A stretch of DNA of 64,000 nt from Camelus ferus (lineage: Eukaryota): assembly GCF_009834535.1 (NCBI RefSeq), contig NC_045697.1, positions 9,860,001-9,924,000 of the forward strand, read 5' to 3'. A program made the translations under genes and the position numbers. This document shows positions 1 to 13,179 of the stretch, one piece after another; position 1 is the stretch's first letter, and every line of letters starts with the position of its first letter. Below the pieces are notes generated by a model, which saw only the letters and a program-made list of their open reading frames with translations, was not told the origin of the DNA and ran no database searches.

Positions 1-2360
1 ATGAAATTATATCACAATTTGTTTATCCATTTCCCTATCAATGGACATTTAAGTTGTTTTCTATCTGGGGCCTATTGTGGATAAAACTGCCATGAACATT
101 TTTGTTCTCTTTTTCTTTTCTGAGAGGGTGTGTGTATGTGTGTGTGTGTGTGTACATAAGCACTGATTTTTTTTTTTGTACATATAACTAAGAGTGGAAT
201 ATTTGGTTCATAGAGTAAGTATATGTTTAACTTTTTAGAAACTACCAAGCAGTTCCCCAATTTTATACGCCAACAGAGTGTAGGACTGACTTTGGGTTGT
301 TAGCTTTTTAATCTTACTGATGTGTAGATGGTGTCTTGTTACGGTTCTAATCTGTATCTTCCTGATGGCTAAGGATGATGTTAAAGCACCTTTTCACATG
401 CTTATCACCCATTCTATTACAGTCTTTATAAAGTGGCAGTGCAGTCTTTTGTCCATTTGTTTAATTCAGTTATTTGTATTCATTTATGACAGTTCTTTAT
501 GTATTTTGTCCTATTTTCTATTAGTTGCTTGTCTTTTCATTTTATTAACAGTATCTCTTGATAAGCAGAAAAATACTTAATCCTAATGGAGGTCCAGTTT
601 TCTTTCATCATCAGTGCATTTTGGTCCTAAGAAATTGCCTATCCCCAAATATCATGGAGAAATCCTTAGGAGCTGTGTTGTTTTAGCTTTCACATTTAAG
701 TCTATCATCCTTCTTGAATTTGTTCTTGTGTACTGTGTAATAATAGGGATCAAAGCTCTTTCCCTTCCCCCAATTGGATATCCATTGCTCCACCACCATC
801 TAAAAGGTGAAAAGAAAAAAAAAAAATCTTCCTTTCCATATTGAATTGCATTGGTATTTTTGAAAAACAGCAAGTGATGTATATGTGTGATTCTATTTCT
901 GGACTCCATTTTGTTCCATTTATATCCTCCAACATGGTTTTTTATGCGATTTTTTAAAAAAATATTTTGAATCCTTTGATTTACCATAAGTTTTAGAACT
1001 TGCTTGTGAATTTCTGTAAGACAGAATGTGCTGGGGGTTTTAATGAGATTGTATTAAATCTATAGATAAAATAATCTGGAGAGAATTTACATCTCACTCG
1101 TTGATTTCTTCTTTCTATCCATTTATTTTGATTTTTTAAAAGTTCTCAGGAAATTTTTGTCATTTGTCAAATTTCCCAGGAAATTTTGTCAGGAGGTCTT
1201 TACCTATCTTCTGTTCAGTTTTATTACTAAGTGTTTCGAGTTTTGATGACATGGGAATGGTGATATTTTTATTTTTTCCCAATTGTTTATTAGTGTTGTT
1301 TAGAAATAAACTGATTTTTGTAAGTTGACTCTGCATTTGTTCCCTAGCTAAATGTACTTATTTCCGTTAGTTTGATTCTGAATTTTCCATATACAATCAT
1401 GTTCTTAGCAATAAAGACAGTTTTACTTTCTTCCTTTCAAATATTTGAAACTTTTTCTCGTCCTATTGTGTACTTGTTCTACCTTCAGTATAATGTTGAA
1501 TAAAAACAGTGAGAGGTGAACATCCTTCCAAACTTCAAAAGGAAAACATTGGATAGTTTATCATTAAAATTGTAAACACTGGTTTTTTACTCTTTATCAG
1601 ACTGAGGAAATTCCCATCTATTCCTAGTGTGCTGAGAGTTTTTTTTTTTTTTAATCATGTTGAATTTTGTCAAATGTATTTCTTACGTCTGTGGAATTGT
1701 TTGTATGGTATTTCTATTCCTTCTGTTAATGTGGTGAATTATAGTAATTTTCAAATGTCAATCAGTCTTAACATTCCTGGGATGAATCCCACTTAATCAT
1801 GATGTATTTCCCATTTTTATTATTTCTGGATTCAATCTATCAGTATTTTCTTTAGAATTTTTGTCTCTGTTTCATGAGGGTGTATTGGTAGTGTATTGCT
1901 TTCTGAATGTTCTTGTCAGGTTTTAGTATCAAGTTTGCCCAACAAATTAGGAAATTTAGCCTTTAAGTATCCATACGTTCTGTGTTGATTGATAGTTCTC
2001 TTTTCATACTTAAGATTGGTAATTTTACTTTTCTTTTTTATTCGTGAACTTGATGAACTTTGCTCTGAGATATAATTGATTTTTTAAGTTTTCAAAGAGC
2101 CAACTTTTGCCTTTATTGATTTTTTTCCATGTTAGTTTGTTTCCTGTGTCATTGATTTTAGTTTATTTCCTTGATCCTACTCTGTATTTAATTTATTATT
2201 TATCTTTTTGTGCTGAAGACTAGGATTATTTATTTTAAGCATTTCTTGTTTCCTAATATGCATTTGAAACTATAAATTTTCCTCTAAGTATGAGAAATTT
2301 CCTCTAAGTGTATAGCTTTTGCTACATACCACAGATTTTATATTGTGATTTCATTATCGT
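1..2360 (-). mobile_element. Degraded ancient LINE-1 (ORF2 and 3' region), antisense to CPEB2
   Basis: Minus ORF 652..987 (WNKMESRNRITHIHHLLF...TQYTRTNSRRMIDLNVKAKTTQLL) resembles the L1 ORF2p C-terminus. L1-antisense motifs such as gggatgaatcccacttaatcatg near 1778. Many frameshifts. Confidence 0.85.
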
Positions 2361-5300
2361 TCCCTTTCATTCTTTTGAGACGTAAAAACCTGAAAATATA
2401 TCCTAGTTTCAGAGCAAAAAAGGAGAAAGGTAGTTTAATTTTGGTTGTAAATATTTTAGTTCAAATAACTTCATGATCAAATTCTATTTTTCTCAACACA
2501 TAATTTTACCTTTATTGACCTTCATTTTCATCCATCATTCTTACGAAGTATGCTTAAAGTACATGAAAGACATAATTATTTAGTGGTTCTTTTATAGTCA
2601 CATTAATTTGGGTTATAAGGAAGGATATTTGAAAGGTGAAAAATAATATTTTTGTTGATGATTTCATTTAGTTAACTCCTCTTTTAAATGAGTATTTAAC
2701 TTTATAGCTTTTATGACTTTTAGAAAAAAAGTGGTCATGATTTTCTAGCAATGAAAATTGCTGGTACGGCGGTGTGTAACATATTCCTAGACTTTCAATA
2801 GCATCCTTTGTTCAGCTAAACTTTATTTAACAGATTTTAGACACATAGATTATAGATTTTTGATGGTTACTTTCCTAACGGTAGTATTCATTATAGTTAG
2901 AATATTATTACATTTAGTAATATAGAATAATTATTAAAATATAGTTATAGTATGAATATACTCTCAGTATTATAATTAACAAAAAAGTTTCTAAGTCACT
3001 TTTGGGTCATTACTCTTTCTAACATTGCTTATATAGTGGTTTTCTTTGTCACTGCATTCAGTATTTCTATTTAAGTACTGGCATGTCTGAAATAAGTATA
3101 AAATTTGGATTTGTCATTTTTTAATCAAAGACTAGTTAATATGCATATTGTTTCTCTACCTCATCTAATTCCTCTTTAAATATAGAATTATTTACCTAAA
3201 GTCCAACCTTTGAAAGTTGAACCAGTTATTCATAATTAATACTACTTTTGATGGATCTTGATGACGTTCATTTTGTTAAGTAAAATAGTTTCATTTTGAA
3301 GAGCTTTGTTTCTATTAATTACAAAGAATATTGACACTTGTTTTTCACTAGACCTTATTCCTGATAGCAAAGGTATTGGGAAAGGTAAATATTCAGAGTT
3401 AGTCAGTGAACATGGATGGGTATCTTTCAGAACAACTTCAGTTTGAATCTGCAGAATAATTTCTGTTTCCTATACCAGATATGATCTTTCTCCCTGTTTT
3501 TGGTCTTATAAACTTAAAATTCTTGTTTCTAACATCTAGCTAGCTGTAGTTCACAGACATGTAGTCCCGTGCTTCCCACCCCAACCCCAATTCTATGCAG
3601 GCCATCACATTTCAGATCGTCTTTGTTTTTATCACTTGCACCATTATATACCATACTTTTCAAGATGGTAACACATTAATGACACTTTATGTTGAACATT
3701 CATTACTTGTATATAATAAGACATATGCTATAAATTACATGCATTGTCTCCTCATTAAAAAGAATTCTTCACTCCATCTTGAGAAAAAGAACTTGTCTAA
3801 ATTCTTATTTTCTCTTTTTCTGTCTCTAAACTTCTTTGATGTCTGTACGTCACGAAACTCTACATGCAACTTTACTAATAGTGCCACCTTCAAAAATCGT
3901 GTATGTCCTCAAACAAATTTTCATTTTTCTTTAATCAGTTTCTTAACATTTCACACACTTTACGTTATTACTTTGTTGCTTTTTTTTTTTCCTTTCTTTA
4001 CATTATTTTCCTTTGGTGCTATATCACAGTAATATTTTGGCATCCCACTTAAACTTTTCTTACCATTACTTTCAGAATTTCTGTGACTGTTCCATTTCTT
4101 CCTTGTAAGTTTCCCAAGGGACTGTCCTTATTATTTATATCTGGAGTTTTTGTAAGTGATATTACAAAGAACCTTAAACTACCACCTCTGTGAAATTGAC
4201 ACCAAATTATTTTCTCAGAAATGTGGCTTTTTCCTTAATGCACTCCATTTTCAACTTCCTACCATTTACTTCTGAATATCCCATCAGCATGTGAAACTTC
4301 ACATCTAAAACATATTTCCCTTTCTTGTAGCAGTTTCTGATCTTTATTATCCTTATATTAATTTAGTTAATGATTCTTGTCATTCATGATCTAAAATCTT
4401 CTTTTGGTTCCTCCTTTCCATTCTTTTTTCTGTTTTGTTTACCATCTACTTTTTATTACTGCAATTATCTCTGTTGTCCATCCTTCCTGAATTTTTTGAA
4501 AGACTTCTAATCTGTTCATTTCCAGCCACCTTAACCGTATTGCTAAAATAAATCTTCCCAAAACACAAGAAAAATTATAATCTTGCTTGAACTCGTGTCC
4601 ATTTTTTTTCCATCACCTACTAAATAAAATGTCTCCTTTAGTCTTGCATCTGAAGCTAAGTATTCTGGCTAGCCTCAGAGTGCTTTTCTAGCTTTTATTC
4701 TCCTTACTTCCAACATGTTTCAGCCAACCTTGGCTACTCCCTATTCATCTTCCTACTTTCTCTGACGTTTCTCCTTGCACTTGAAAAATGTATTCAAAAC
4801 CATGCTCTTACAAATTTATTTCTACTTAGGAATTTCCTACCCTTTCTAACACTCTCAGTGATAAGTACCACTGCCTTTCCCATTTTACCACAAATGCTAT
4901 CCAGTTCCACTTGGGAATTTAAGAAGTTACCCATTTATTAGCTAGATTACTCACTTCCTCCAACATACTCCCTCTGAAGTACATTATAAAGTTTTCGTAT
5001 GGATATGTGCCATAGTTAAATGTATAGATCTTATCTTTTCTAAATGAATATTTCTTGAGAGCAGAGGACTGCATTTTACTAGGTCGTTTTATTTTATTTT
5101 ATTTTTTTGACCCCCACAGAATCTAGCATCAGGATTGCTGCAGAGTATTATACAGGACGTGCCTGTACGGGGGTACCACCCCTAAAGGGTGGGCTCAGAT
5201 GAGGACTGAAGTCCTAGAGAAGATGCTTTTTTCTGTTTTGCACATGTGCAGAAACCCTGGCTACCTTTTCGTATACTTGGCACACATGTAATAAATTAAT

Positions 5301-5741
5301 TCAAGATCTTATGTGCAAGTATTACTTGTTGCCTTTGTCCTTACTATAGTCTGCAAGTGGGTTTTTATTGTCTTCTTGTCTGTTTAGTTCGTGTCATTTC
5401 TTTCTGCCACCAATTTCTAAAAGGATTCTCCTGTTACACATCCAGTCTAACCATCCCCATACATCAGATTCTTGCTGCTTTCCTTAAAAAATTGAAGTGA
5501 TCTAGTATTTGTTTGTGATATAATTGTCATATGACTATGTTTATTTCTAAGTCATTCTTCAAACAGCTTCTCTTCTTGAATCCAGGTAATTAAAACTTTA
5601 AACTATCTGAATTTTCCTTAATTTTTTATGCCTATGTCACCTTTATTTTTAAGCCTTTGAATTTGTTGTTGCTATGTTTATGCCTGACTTTACCATTTTC
5701 TTAGACCTGACACTCAAGTCATATTTGTTCTTATATTTTAG

Positions 5742-5912
5742 GTCGGTCTTCCCTCTTTCCCATAGATGATGGCTTGCTGGATGATGGTCATAATGATCAA
5801 GTTGGTGTTTTAAATTCACCCACATGTTACTCAGCTCATCAAAATGGAGAGCGAATAGAACGTTTCTCTCGAAAAGTTTTTGTTGGTGGTCTTCCTCCAG
5901 ATATTGATGAAG
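5742..5912 (+). CDS. CPEB2: CPEB2 coding exon (171 nt, phase 1-1): linker and RRM1 RNP2
   Basis: Acceptor ttttag|GTCGG, donor GAAG|gtaaaa. Translates (G)RSSLFPIDDGLLDDGHNDQVGVLNSPTCYSAHQNGERIERFSRKVFVGGLPPDIDE; overlaps ORF 5774..6013. Confidence 0.96.
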
Positions 5913-5946
5913 GTAAAATGATGATTTGGGCTTTAAAAAAAAAACC

Positions 5947-6026
5947 TCAAAATTCATCAAATTGTACATCTGGAATATATGTAGTTTACTGTACAGGAAC
6001 CATACCGCAATAAAGCTGTTAAAAAA
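5947..6026 (+). mobile_element. Short L1MC/L1MD-like 3' end fragment
   Basis: tcaaaattcatcaaattgtaca...caataaagctgttaaaaaa matches the terminal motif of older mammalian L1 3'UTRs. Confidence 0.7.
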
Positions 6027-6578
6027 TGTCTCATAAATATTTGGTGGCATATAATAACAAAAAACTGAAATACAATGTGAATAGGAAATGGAATTTTTAC
6101 CTCTGTAGATTTTCAGTTAAAATGGGTATCTTATCTCTGTGTCAGCTGATGAAAGGTAGAGATAATTGAACAGATAACTTTTTTAAAGTTTGTCTCTTTA
6201 CTTTGTCTTATAATACATATTGTTACTGTGAGCAATTTTTGCAAATAATGTTTTCATACACTAGTTCCCAACTCACTCATATTTTTAAATATAGAACATA
6301 TTTGAATACATTAAACCTTTTGTACATTTATATAAAACTTTTTGTATGATCATAACACCCATGCATGTACACAGACACACAATGAATTAAAGGTAATCAA
6401 CCATGAAACTTTACCTACAATTCATGACAATCAAAAATTCAATTTATTTAAGGATAAACGTGCTCTTAGAAATGGGTAAGAAAGAGGCTATTAAACCTAT
6501 TAAAGGGAGTAATGGAAACAGAACATGAACAGGAAATTCAGGTTATAGAAAGACTAATAAACATGTGTAAATGAGGTT

Positions 6579-6683
6579 GGGGAGGGTATAGCTCAGGGTA
6601 GAGTGCATGTTTAGCATGCAGGAGGTCCTGGGTTCAATCCCCAGTACCTCCATTAAAAAAAAAAAAAAGATTAAGAAAAAAAA
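6579..6683 (+). mobile_element. tRNA-Ala-derived SINE (Vic-1-like, camelid)
   Basis: ggggagggtatagctcagggtagagtgcatgtttagcatgcaggaggtcctgggttcaatccccagtacctcca plus A-rich tail. Box A-like motif present; Box B GGTTCAATCC at 6631-6640. Confidence 0.85.
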
Positions 6684-7342
6684 GTGAAAATTATCATGTG
6701 TAATAATAACAAAAGAAAATAATTCAAGATAAAGATTGAAAATACTGAAACTTTATAATATTTGTGAGTTTGTAGGAAGTCTGCCACTCTTATTTACAGA
6801 GTACTAATAAAGAATATATTGCTACATTTTGGGAAATTTTCCAGTTATGATTCAGATAACCATGAACTTACTCTATGTATTAATCAGTATAATAAGGTTT
6901 CCATGTGATGAAATAACTTAGAACATGTCATTGAATTTGACCCAGTGAAACTACCTGGCATGAACCAGACCCTAGTACATTTTAGGAGCGTTGCAGCTTT
7001 ACATGTCCTGTTGCAGCAGAGCTTTTTGCTTAGAAGATTGTACTTTGTCAGGCAGTAATGGGTATCTTTATTTAACTTGATATAATGCTGACATGTTTTT
7101 CAAGCCAGTGGTATTTATGATTTGGTAGACTATAAATCCATTAATATCCATGCAATATTATATAAAATTTTAGAAGTCATGTGAATTGATTATTATAACC
7201 AATGTGCAACTTAAAAGCTATTTTGACTAAAATAGCTATTAAGTTTTATGTATCATTTTCATAGGATTATTAGACATGTTTCCAGCATTTATATTCTAGT
7301 TTTTCTTAGGATATTTGGTACTTTTAAATACTTAATCGTTAG

Positions 7343-7430
7343 TACACCAGAAACTGACACAACATGGTAAACAGATTATACTTCAATAAAAAATATATAT
7401 ACAAAAATAATAATAATAATAAATAAAAAA
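7343..7430 (+). mobile_element. Extremely 5'-truncated young L1 3' end with A-rich tail
   Basis: tacaccagaaactgacacaacatggtaaacagattatacttcaataaa matches the terminal ~50 nt of the L1 copy at 34235-34280. Confidence 0.75.
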
Positions 7431-7511
7431 TCTTTATAGTAACATAAAATGTAGGGTTTTTAGTATGAATCATTAAAACTCATTCTGATGCAGATTTTTT
7501 ACTTTCTTAAG

Positions 7512-7601
7512 ATGAAATAACTGCTAGCTTCAGAAGATTCGGGCCTTTGGTAGTCGACTGGCCTCATAAAGCAGAAAGCAAGTCCTATTTTCCACCAAAA
7601 G
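7512..7601 (+). CDS. CPEB2: CPEB2 coding exon (90 nt, phase 1-1): RRM1
   Basis: Acceptor ttcttaag|ATGAA, donor AAAG|gtaaga. Translates (D)EITASFRRFGPLVVDWPHKAESKSYFPPK. Not in the ORF track; read manually. Confidence 0.96.
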
Positions 7602-8989
7602 GTAAGAGAACTTATTGTTAATATTTGCTAGGGAATAAGTTATATGAGAGCAAAAAAAACAGTGTCAATTACTTTGTGTTTTCTTTTCTTTTAGAACTAA
7701 ATGTGAGTACATCTTCATATAAAAACTAATAAAGTAAATTGTAGAGGTTAGTAGCATGTACCAAGGGCGGCGGGAGGGTCTGAGAATGATTCCAGTGTCA
7801 CTTGAAGCCAGTCAGGAATCATGAGCGACTTGCTATGCTTTCTCTAAGGTGATTTGATAATGATTTCAGAAACTCTTATCAACAAATGTTTGAGTATTTT
7901 CTCTGTCTGAAGTACCATTCTAAGTAACTTGGGTACAGACATGCAAAAAAAAGTCTCTGCTCGGTGAAATTAAGAGATGTGTGATGTGAGATTAAAATAT
8001 AAACCTATGAATAATTTAAATATTGCGATGTGTACATAAGTGTTCCAGACAACAGCAGACAAGGACAGAGCAGCATACACTCTGCTGGCGATTTTAGATA
8101 GAGGAGAAAGTGAACGGTGGGAAAACCCAATTACACGAAGAGACACGATGTGAAGAGAACATCTGGTTGTGTCAGTTACGTAGAACTAGGGTACTGCTGT
8201 GACCGGGCCCCAGAGGACAGGAGTGGCAAACTGAGCTAACATTCCTTTGAGCAAAGCAAGGCCGCCGTTGGTGGGAGAGGAGGAGTCCCCTGCCCACTGC
8301 GAGCAGGGGAGGCAAGGGGAGAGACTGGAACGTGAATCCAGTCAGTCAGGTTGCCAATTGCAGATTCTCTGAAGTGAACAAAAAAGAAAGGGGGAGGTTG
8401 AAAGACTAAGACTTTACTTTGAGTATCATTGAAATACAATTGTAGAAACAAAAAACGCTGTTATTCTCATGGCTAAGTGGATTTTCAAGCCTGGAAAAAA
8501 AAGACTCCATAGATCTATTGAATAATCTAATTTTGTCTCTGGGAAAGGAAACATGTTAGAATTACTGGCATACAAAAACTAGCTAAGGGTTTTTGGTCAG
8601 TGAGAATTATAGAACTTCCATTACTGGTTCATGTCATTTTTTAGAGAAATGGAATAATGCAGTGATTTTTTTTTATACCTTTACATCTTATACTTACAGA
8701 ATCAAGAACATTTTTTAAGCAGAGAACAGATTCTGGATCCCAGGGCTCTATGAGAATTTAGTTAACGCTATGGATCTCTCTCCAGATACTCTAAATTTTC
8801 ATATGATTTTGGAGTTTACTAGACTTGGAGGTCCTCAGTCCTTGCTTTAGAGAGAAAATTAGCTCCATATTGATGCAGATGTTCATTTGTTAGCTTAGTT
8901 TTAATCTGTTGTTCACAATGTTATGATCTTGTTCTTTTATAAAGTTTTTTTTTACTGAGTGTTCGATAAAAATGCCTGTTGGTTTCTAA

Positions 8990-9610
8990 TATTCCTGCCT
9001 AAATTACCACCATTCCTTGTCTGGACTATTTCAGGCATACGACTCGTCTCTCCACATCTCTGACTGTCTCCTTTTCCTCCCACAGTATAGCTAGAGTAAT
9101 CTCTATGAAAACTCATCTGATGGTGCTAACCCTTGCTCGCTGCTTAAAACCCATCAGTAGTTCCTCTTATTGTTAGGATAAAGCCAAAAATGCATTCGCC
9201 CTCCTCACCTTTCCCATTCTGTTTCATCTCCCACTATTGCTTCTTGTTCCTTTCTGATTCTGCAAACTGGCCTTGCTTCTCCTGCCTCAGGGCATTTATG
9301 TTTGGTGTTCTCTTGGCATGAAGGCTCTTCCCTGTCTCTTCATCTGTGTATCCCCTACTTATATCAGCTTAAATATCAGTTGCTGGTAGGGTACTTTCAG
9401 GACCCACCTAATGAGGTCATATCCTCTTATTGTAGGTCCTCCTAGCACTGTCCCTTTTCATAGCACTCTTCACAGTTGCAATATTACATTTTTACAATTT
9501 TACAAATATGTGATTATTTTATCAATATCAGATTCTTCTAATAGTCTTTCAAACTGTGTCTTTACTCATCTTTATATTCTCAGTAATTCATGGATTTATA
9601 GTTGCCTCAT
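8990..9610 (+). mobile_element. Degraded LINE-2 fragment
   Basis: L2-like pyrimidine-rich motifs (ctcctgcctcagggcatttatg...aggctcttccc); boundaries approximate. Confidence 0.55.
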
Positions 9611-11277
9611 AAAGAAGATGAACAGCTATAAATAACTATAAACACGACAGGATAGTATATCCTTTGACCTGAAGTAGGTGGAGGAAAGTTTCACTGAGAA
9701 GTTTTGAACTAAATCTAAAAGATACTGGGTAATTTAGATAGATAAAAAGTTTTCCAACAGAGTTCCAGGCAGGTATTGAAATATAATTTTAGAAAGGAAT
9801 TAAAATTAGTTTCTGTTGAGACAGATATACATTTTCTGCCTGGGCTTCTTATTTACATAAAGGGCTGCTCTAAACCTAGAAGGATGGGTTGGCACAAATT
9901 TAATGAAACAGAACACTTGCTGTCTTTGTTGCTATTGCTGCCGTTGTTGTTACTGGGGTTTTGTGGTAGTGGTTAATTTATTTTCTCAAACTGAAAATAA
10001 GAAAAAAAACCCACAAAAATTAGCACTGACAAATTATAGTTTTTTTAGTATAATTATAGTTAATTGTAGCTATTGCCAAAGACATGTGTTCCTAAACCTT
10101 GTGCTTTCAAGCATTTTTGTCTTTGCTATAATTTATCATTTCTCATGCTTTGGAAAACACTGGTGTAGAAGCATCTAGTTGATGAAGCTACCTTGTAATT
10201 AAGGCAGTGACTTCAGCCATTGGATACTGAGCCACACTTCCATATATCTGTCCTTTGCAGTGAGTAAGTTTCACCCTGTGTGAGTATCAGCTTGCTCTAA
10301 TAAGATCCAAAGAACTATTAGATGGTATTTTTGGTAAGAGCATTTTAATATTTAATGTCTTGCCTTAGCTAGATCATAATTTACCTGCCATATTGCTAAA
10401 TTTTTGTGATAAAAACATTTCTTCCCTGATAATCACAAAAATAATTAAGCAATATTAAAATATTAATATCAAAAATTAGCATCATAAAACAACATTTAAA
10501 ATATTGAATTTAAAATACTATTTTAGTAAATTGGTCTTATATCTCCTCAATCATTATAAAAGTTATAACACTGAAAACCTTAGCGTGTATCAAAATTAAA
10601 GCCTTCACATTAAGAAAACTTTTTTATTTTTTTATTTCTTCAAGTCTATTTAAATTGTTTCTAGCTATTAAAAAGGTCTGAGATGTGTTTTTTATTCTTG
10701 CATAATCATACCTTTGGAAGTTTGTGTAGGTTGGTTTGATGACTTATTTATGCAACCAAGTATTGTAATTTTATTAAAATGAAGTAGTTTTTGTGTCACA
10801 TAAGATCTTTGTGGCACTAAAAGCCATTGTTGGCAATAAGCTGTGTTTTTTGAGCTGGGTGTAAAACATGACCTCACACTTCCCATTGTTAGTGGAACAG
10901 ACGTGGTTGGTCTGCTTGATGACATCTTCATATTGGAACTAGAATACACTGCTCTAGGTTTGTTTGCATAGAAATCTTGTCAAGGAAACATATATTTTTA
11001 GGTCAGTTACAATTAATCACATAATAGTAAACTTGCAGTGTAAATTTTGATGCCTTCTTTTTATAATAAAATCTATTCTACCTGCTGGATACATGATGTT
11101 TGATTAAAGATTGACAATTGGTTGTCACAAGGAAGGGAGGAAGGGCATATTTCCCAAAGGTACAGGAATCTAAGCAAGAACTTGGTTCCAAAGTCCAAAC
11201 ATTGTCTCTAGACTGTTGGAAAAAAAAAATGTTCTGCTGCTCATCCACCCTGAGACTTGATCTAAAAGTTCTGACCA

Positions 11278-11420
11278 GATGGGAAGTTATAGCTCAAGTG
11301 ATGGAGCACATGCTTAGTATGCACGAGGTCCGGGGTTCAATCCCCAGTACCTCCTCTAAAAATAAATAAGTAAACCTAATTACCTACCCCCCCAATGAAA
11401 ACAAAAACAATAAAATAAAA
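11278..11420 (+). mobile_element. tRNA-Ala-derived SINE (Vic-1-like) with target-site duplication
   Basis: tRNA-like head (tatagctcaagtg...ggttcaatccccagtacctcc) and tail aataaataagtaaacctaattacctacccc. Flanked by an exact repeat AAGTTCTGACCA at 11266-11277 and 11424-11435. Confidence 0.9.
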
Positions 11421-12084
11421 TAGAAGTTCTGACCATCCTGAAGAAACCTGTTTTAATCTCACCTCCCTAAGGTAGTTTTCTTAGTATCCTATGGAAGTTG
11501 TCAGGTTGATTGTAGAATTTTCCCTCTGCTTATGGAAATTCCTGGATCTTTCCACTGTCCAGAAGTATGCTCTAGAACTTGTCTTACCCTGAGGGCATTT
11601 TTGGGAAACTAGCTTCTACTGTGCTCACTCAACTGGTTAATCCTACTAAATTCTTTAAGAAAACAGCATCATGGGAGACCTTGGGGCTAATCTAGGTTTG
11701 AAATTAATCAGTCAGTTACTTGCTTATGTGACTGACTTTAGGTAAGTAATTTTACCTTCTTGGTACCTCAGTTTTTGTTGTTGTTTCTATAAATAGGAAA
11801 TAATGTTTCATTGAATTGTTGTGAGAATCAAAAGAAATAATTCATGTAAAGCTCTTAGGACAGTATTGGATAGTTAGTGCTCTATATAAAGTAGCTAGTT
11901 AATTTACTGAATATGTTTTTGTGTGTATTCCGTAGGATATTGTGTTCTCCTGTAAAGCATAATAATCCTAGTTCTATTTGATGGGTTTTTTTTTTCTTTT
12001 TCAAAGGCATGTATTTTCTAAACAGTACTGAAATGTGAAATCACTTTCCTTGACATATTGCCTCATTTTTTATGGTTATTACAG

Positions 12085-12203
12085 GCTATGCATTCCTCCT
12101 CTTTCAAGAAGAGAGCTCAGTCCAGGCACTAATTGATGCTTGTATTGAAGAAGATGGAAAACTCTATCTGTGTGTTTCCAGCCCCACCATCAAGGACAAA
12201 CCT
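12085..12203 (+). CDS. CPEB2: CPEB2 coding exon (119 nt, phase 1-0): RRM1 RNP1 region
   Basis: Acceptor ttacag|GCTAT, donor CCT|gtaagt. Translates (G)YAFLLFQEESSVQALIDACIEEDGKLYLCVSSPTIKDKP; overlaps ORF 12072..12263. Confidence 0.96.
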
Positions 12204-12482
12204 GTAAGTAAATGCTGCTTGAACTTTAAGCAACAAATGCAAGTTTTCCAAAAACTTTTTTGAAATGATTGTTAGTGAAAAAAAAAACAACCATGTTAAG
12301 AGTTCAATTTTTTAAAATTCAGATAATTTATAGTATCTAGATAAAAATATTAACAATTTGTTTTAAAATCCATCTATCCAAAATTTTGAACAGCAACAAA
12401 GAAGAACTGCTGTTAGTTGGCACAAAACTCATCAGCTGTTAAGGGAGTAAGACCTGATACCATAATGTCATTTTCTTCATAG

Positions 12483-12597
12483 GTTCAGATCCGTCCTTGG
12501 AATTTAAGTGACAGTGATTTTGTGATGGATGGTTCTCAGCCTTTGGATCCTCGAAAAACAATTTTTGTTGGAGGTGTTCCTAGGCCATTAAGAGCTG
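12483..12597 (+). CDS. CPEB2: CPEB2 coding exon (115 nt, phase 0-1): end of RRM1, linker, RRM2 RNP2
   Basis: Acceptor ttcatag|GTTCAG, donor GCTG|gtaagt. Translates VQIRPWNLSDSDFVMDGSQPLDPRKTIFVGGVPRPLRA. Confidence 0.96.
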
Positions 12598-13179
12598 GTA
12601 AGTAGAATGATAACACATTTTGTTTTAAAAAATTTAAATATGAATTGATTCAGTAAACATTTGGTACCTTTTGTGTACACGGCACTATGGGTGGGCGAAG
12701 GGCAGATTCTCCTGTTCCCAGTAGTCGCTTGCTACAGAATTCTAAGACAGACTCCAAGAACTATTCTTGAGACCATCAAGGAATTGGAGGATTGGACACT
12801 CATCTATCACTATCAATAACTAACTCCATACAGAGTGTATAAAAAGAATCCACTCAAACACTTACGACTTAAGTGTAACTCTCTAAAATATGAGAATTTG
12901 GAGTCTGTTTATTTTATGTAGGTTGATTCTGATATCTGTAGAAGAAATATGAGCTTTTTTAATGGCACTTTAGATAAGTGAATGATAAACTTCTCTTCAT
13001 CAGTAACTAGGAACAGAAATCTACCAGAAGATGTCATGTAGGAACATAATTATAGACGTAAATGCCCACTATACAAGCAAGTTTTATGATACTGTGTACC
13101 CTTGTAAAGTGTGTTAGCGCCTTCCATCACTGAGAATACCTCTTCCAGTATGGGAGACACATGTTAAAGAACTATTCAC

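Noticed and set aside
3368..3384. ag|caaaggtattgggaaag|gtaaat as the CPEB2-4 24-nt microexon
   Set aside because: 17 nt, frame-shifting, and does not encode the AR(S/T)YGRRR-type peptide. The real microexon is not visible and probably lies upstream of the window.
3595..4032. 145-aa hydrophobic ORF in the intron
   Set aside because: F/L/I/S bias simply reflects T-rich intronic DNA; no domain or splice support.
6579..6652. tRNA-Ala(AGC)-like sequences (also at 11278 and 17921)
   Set aside because: Stem mismatches, A-rich tails and TSD-like flanks in two copies identify them as SINEs rather than tRNA genes.
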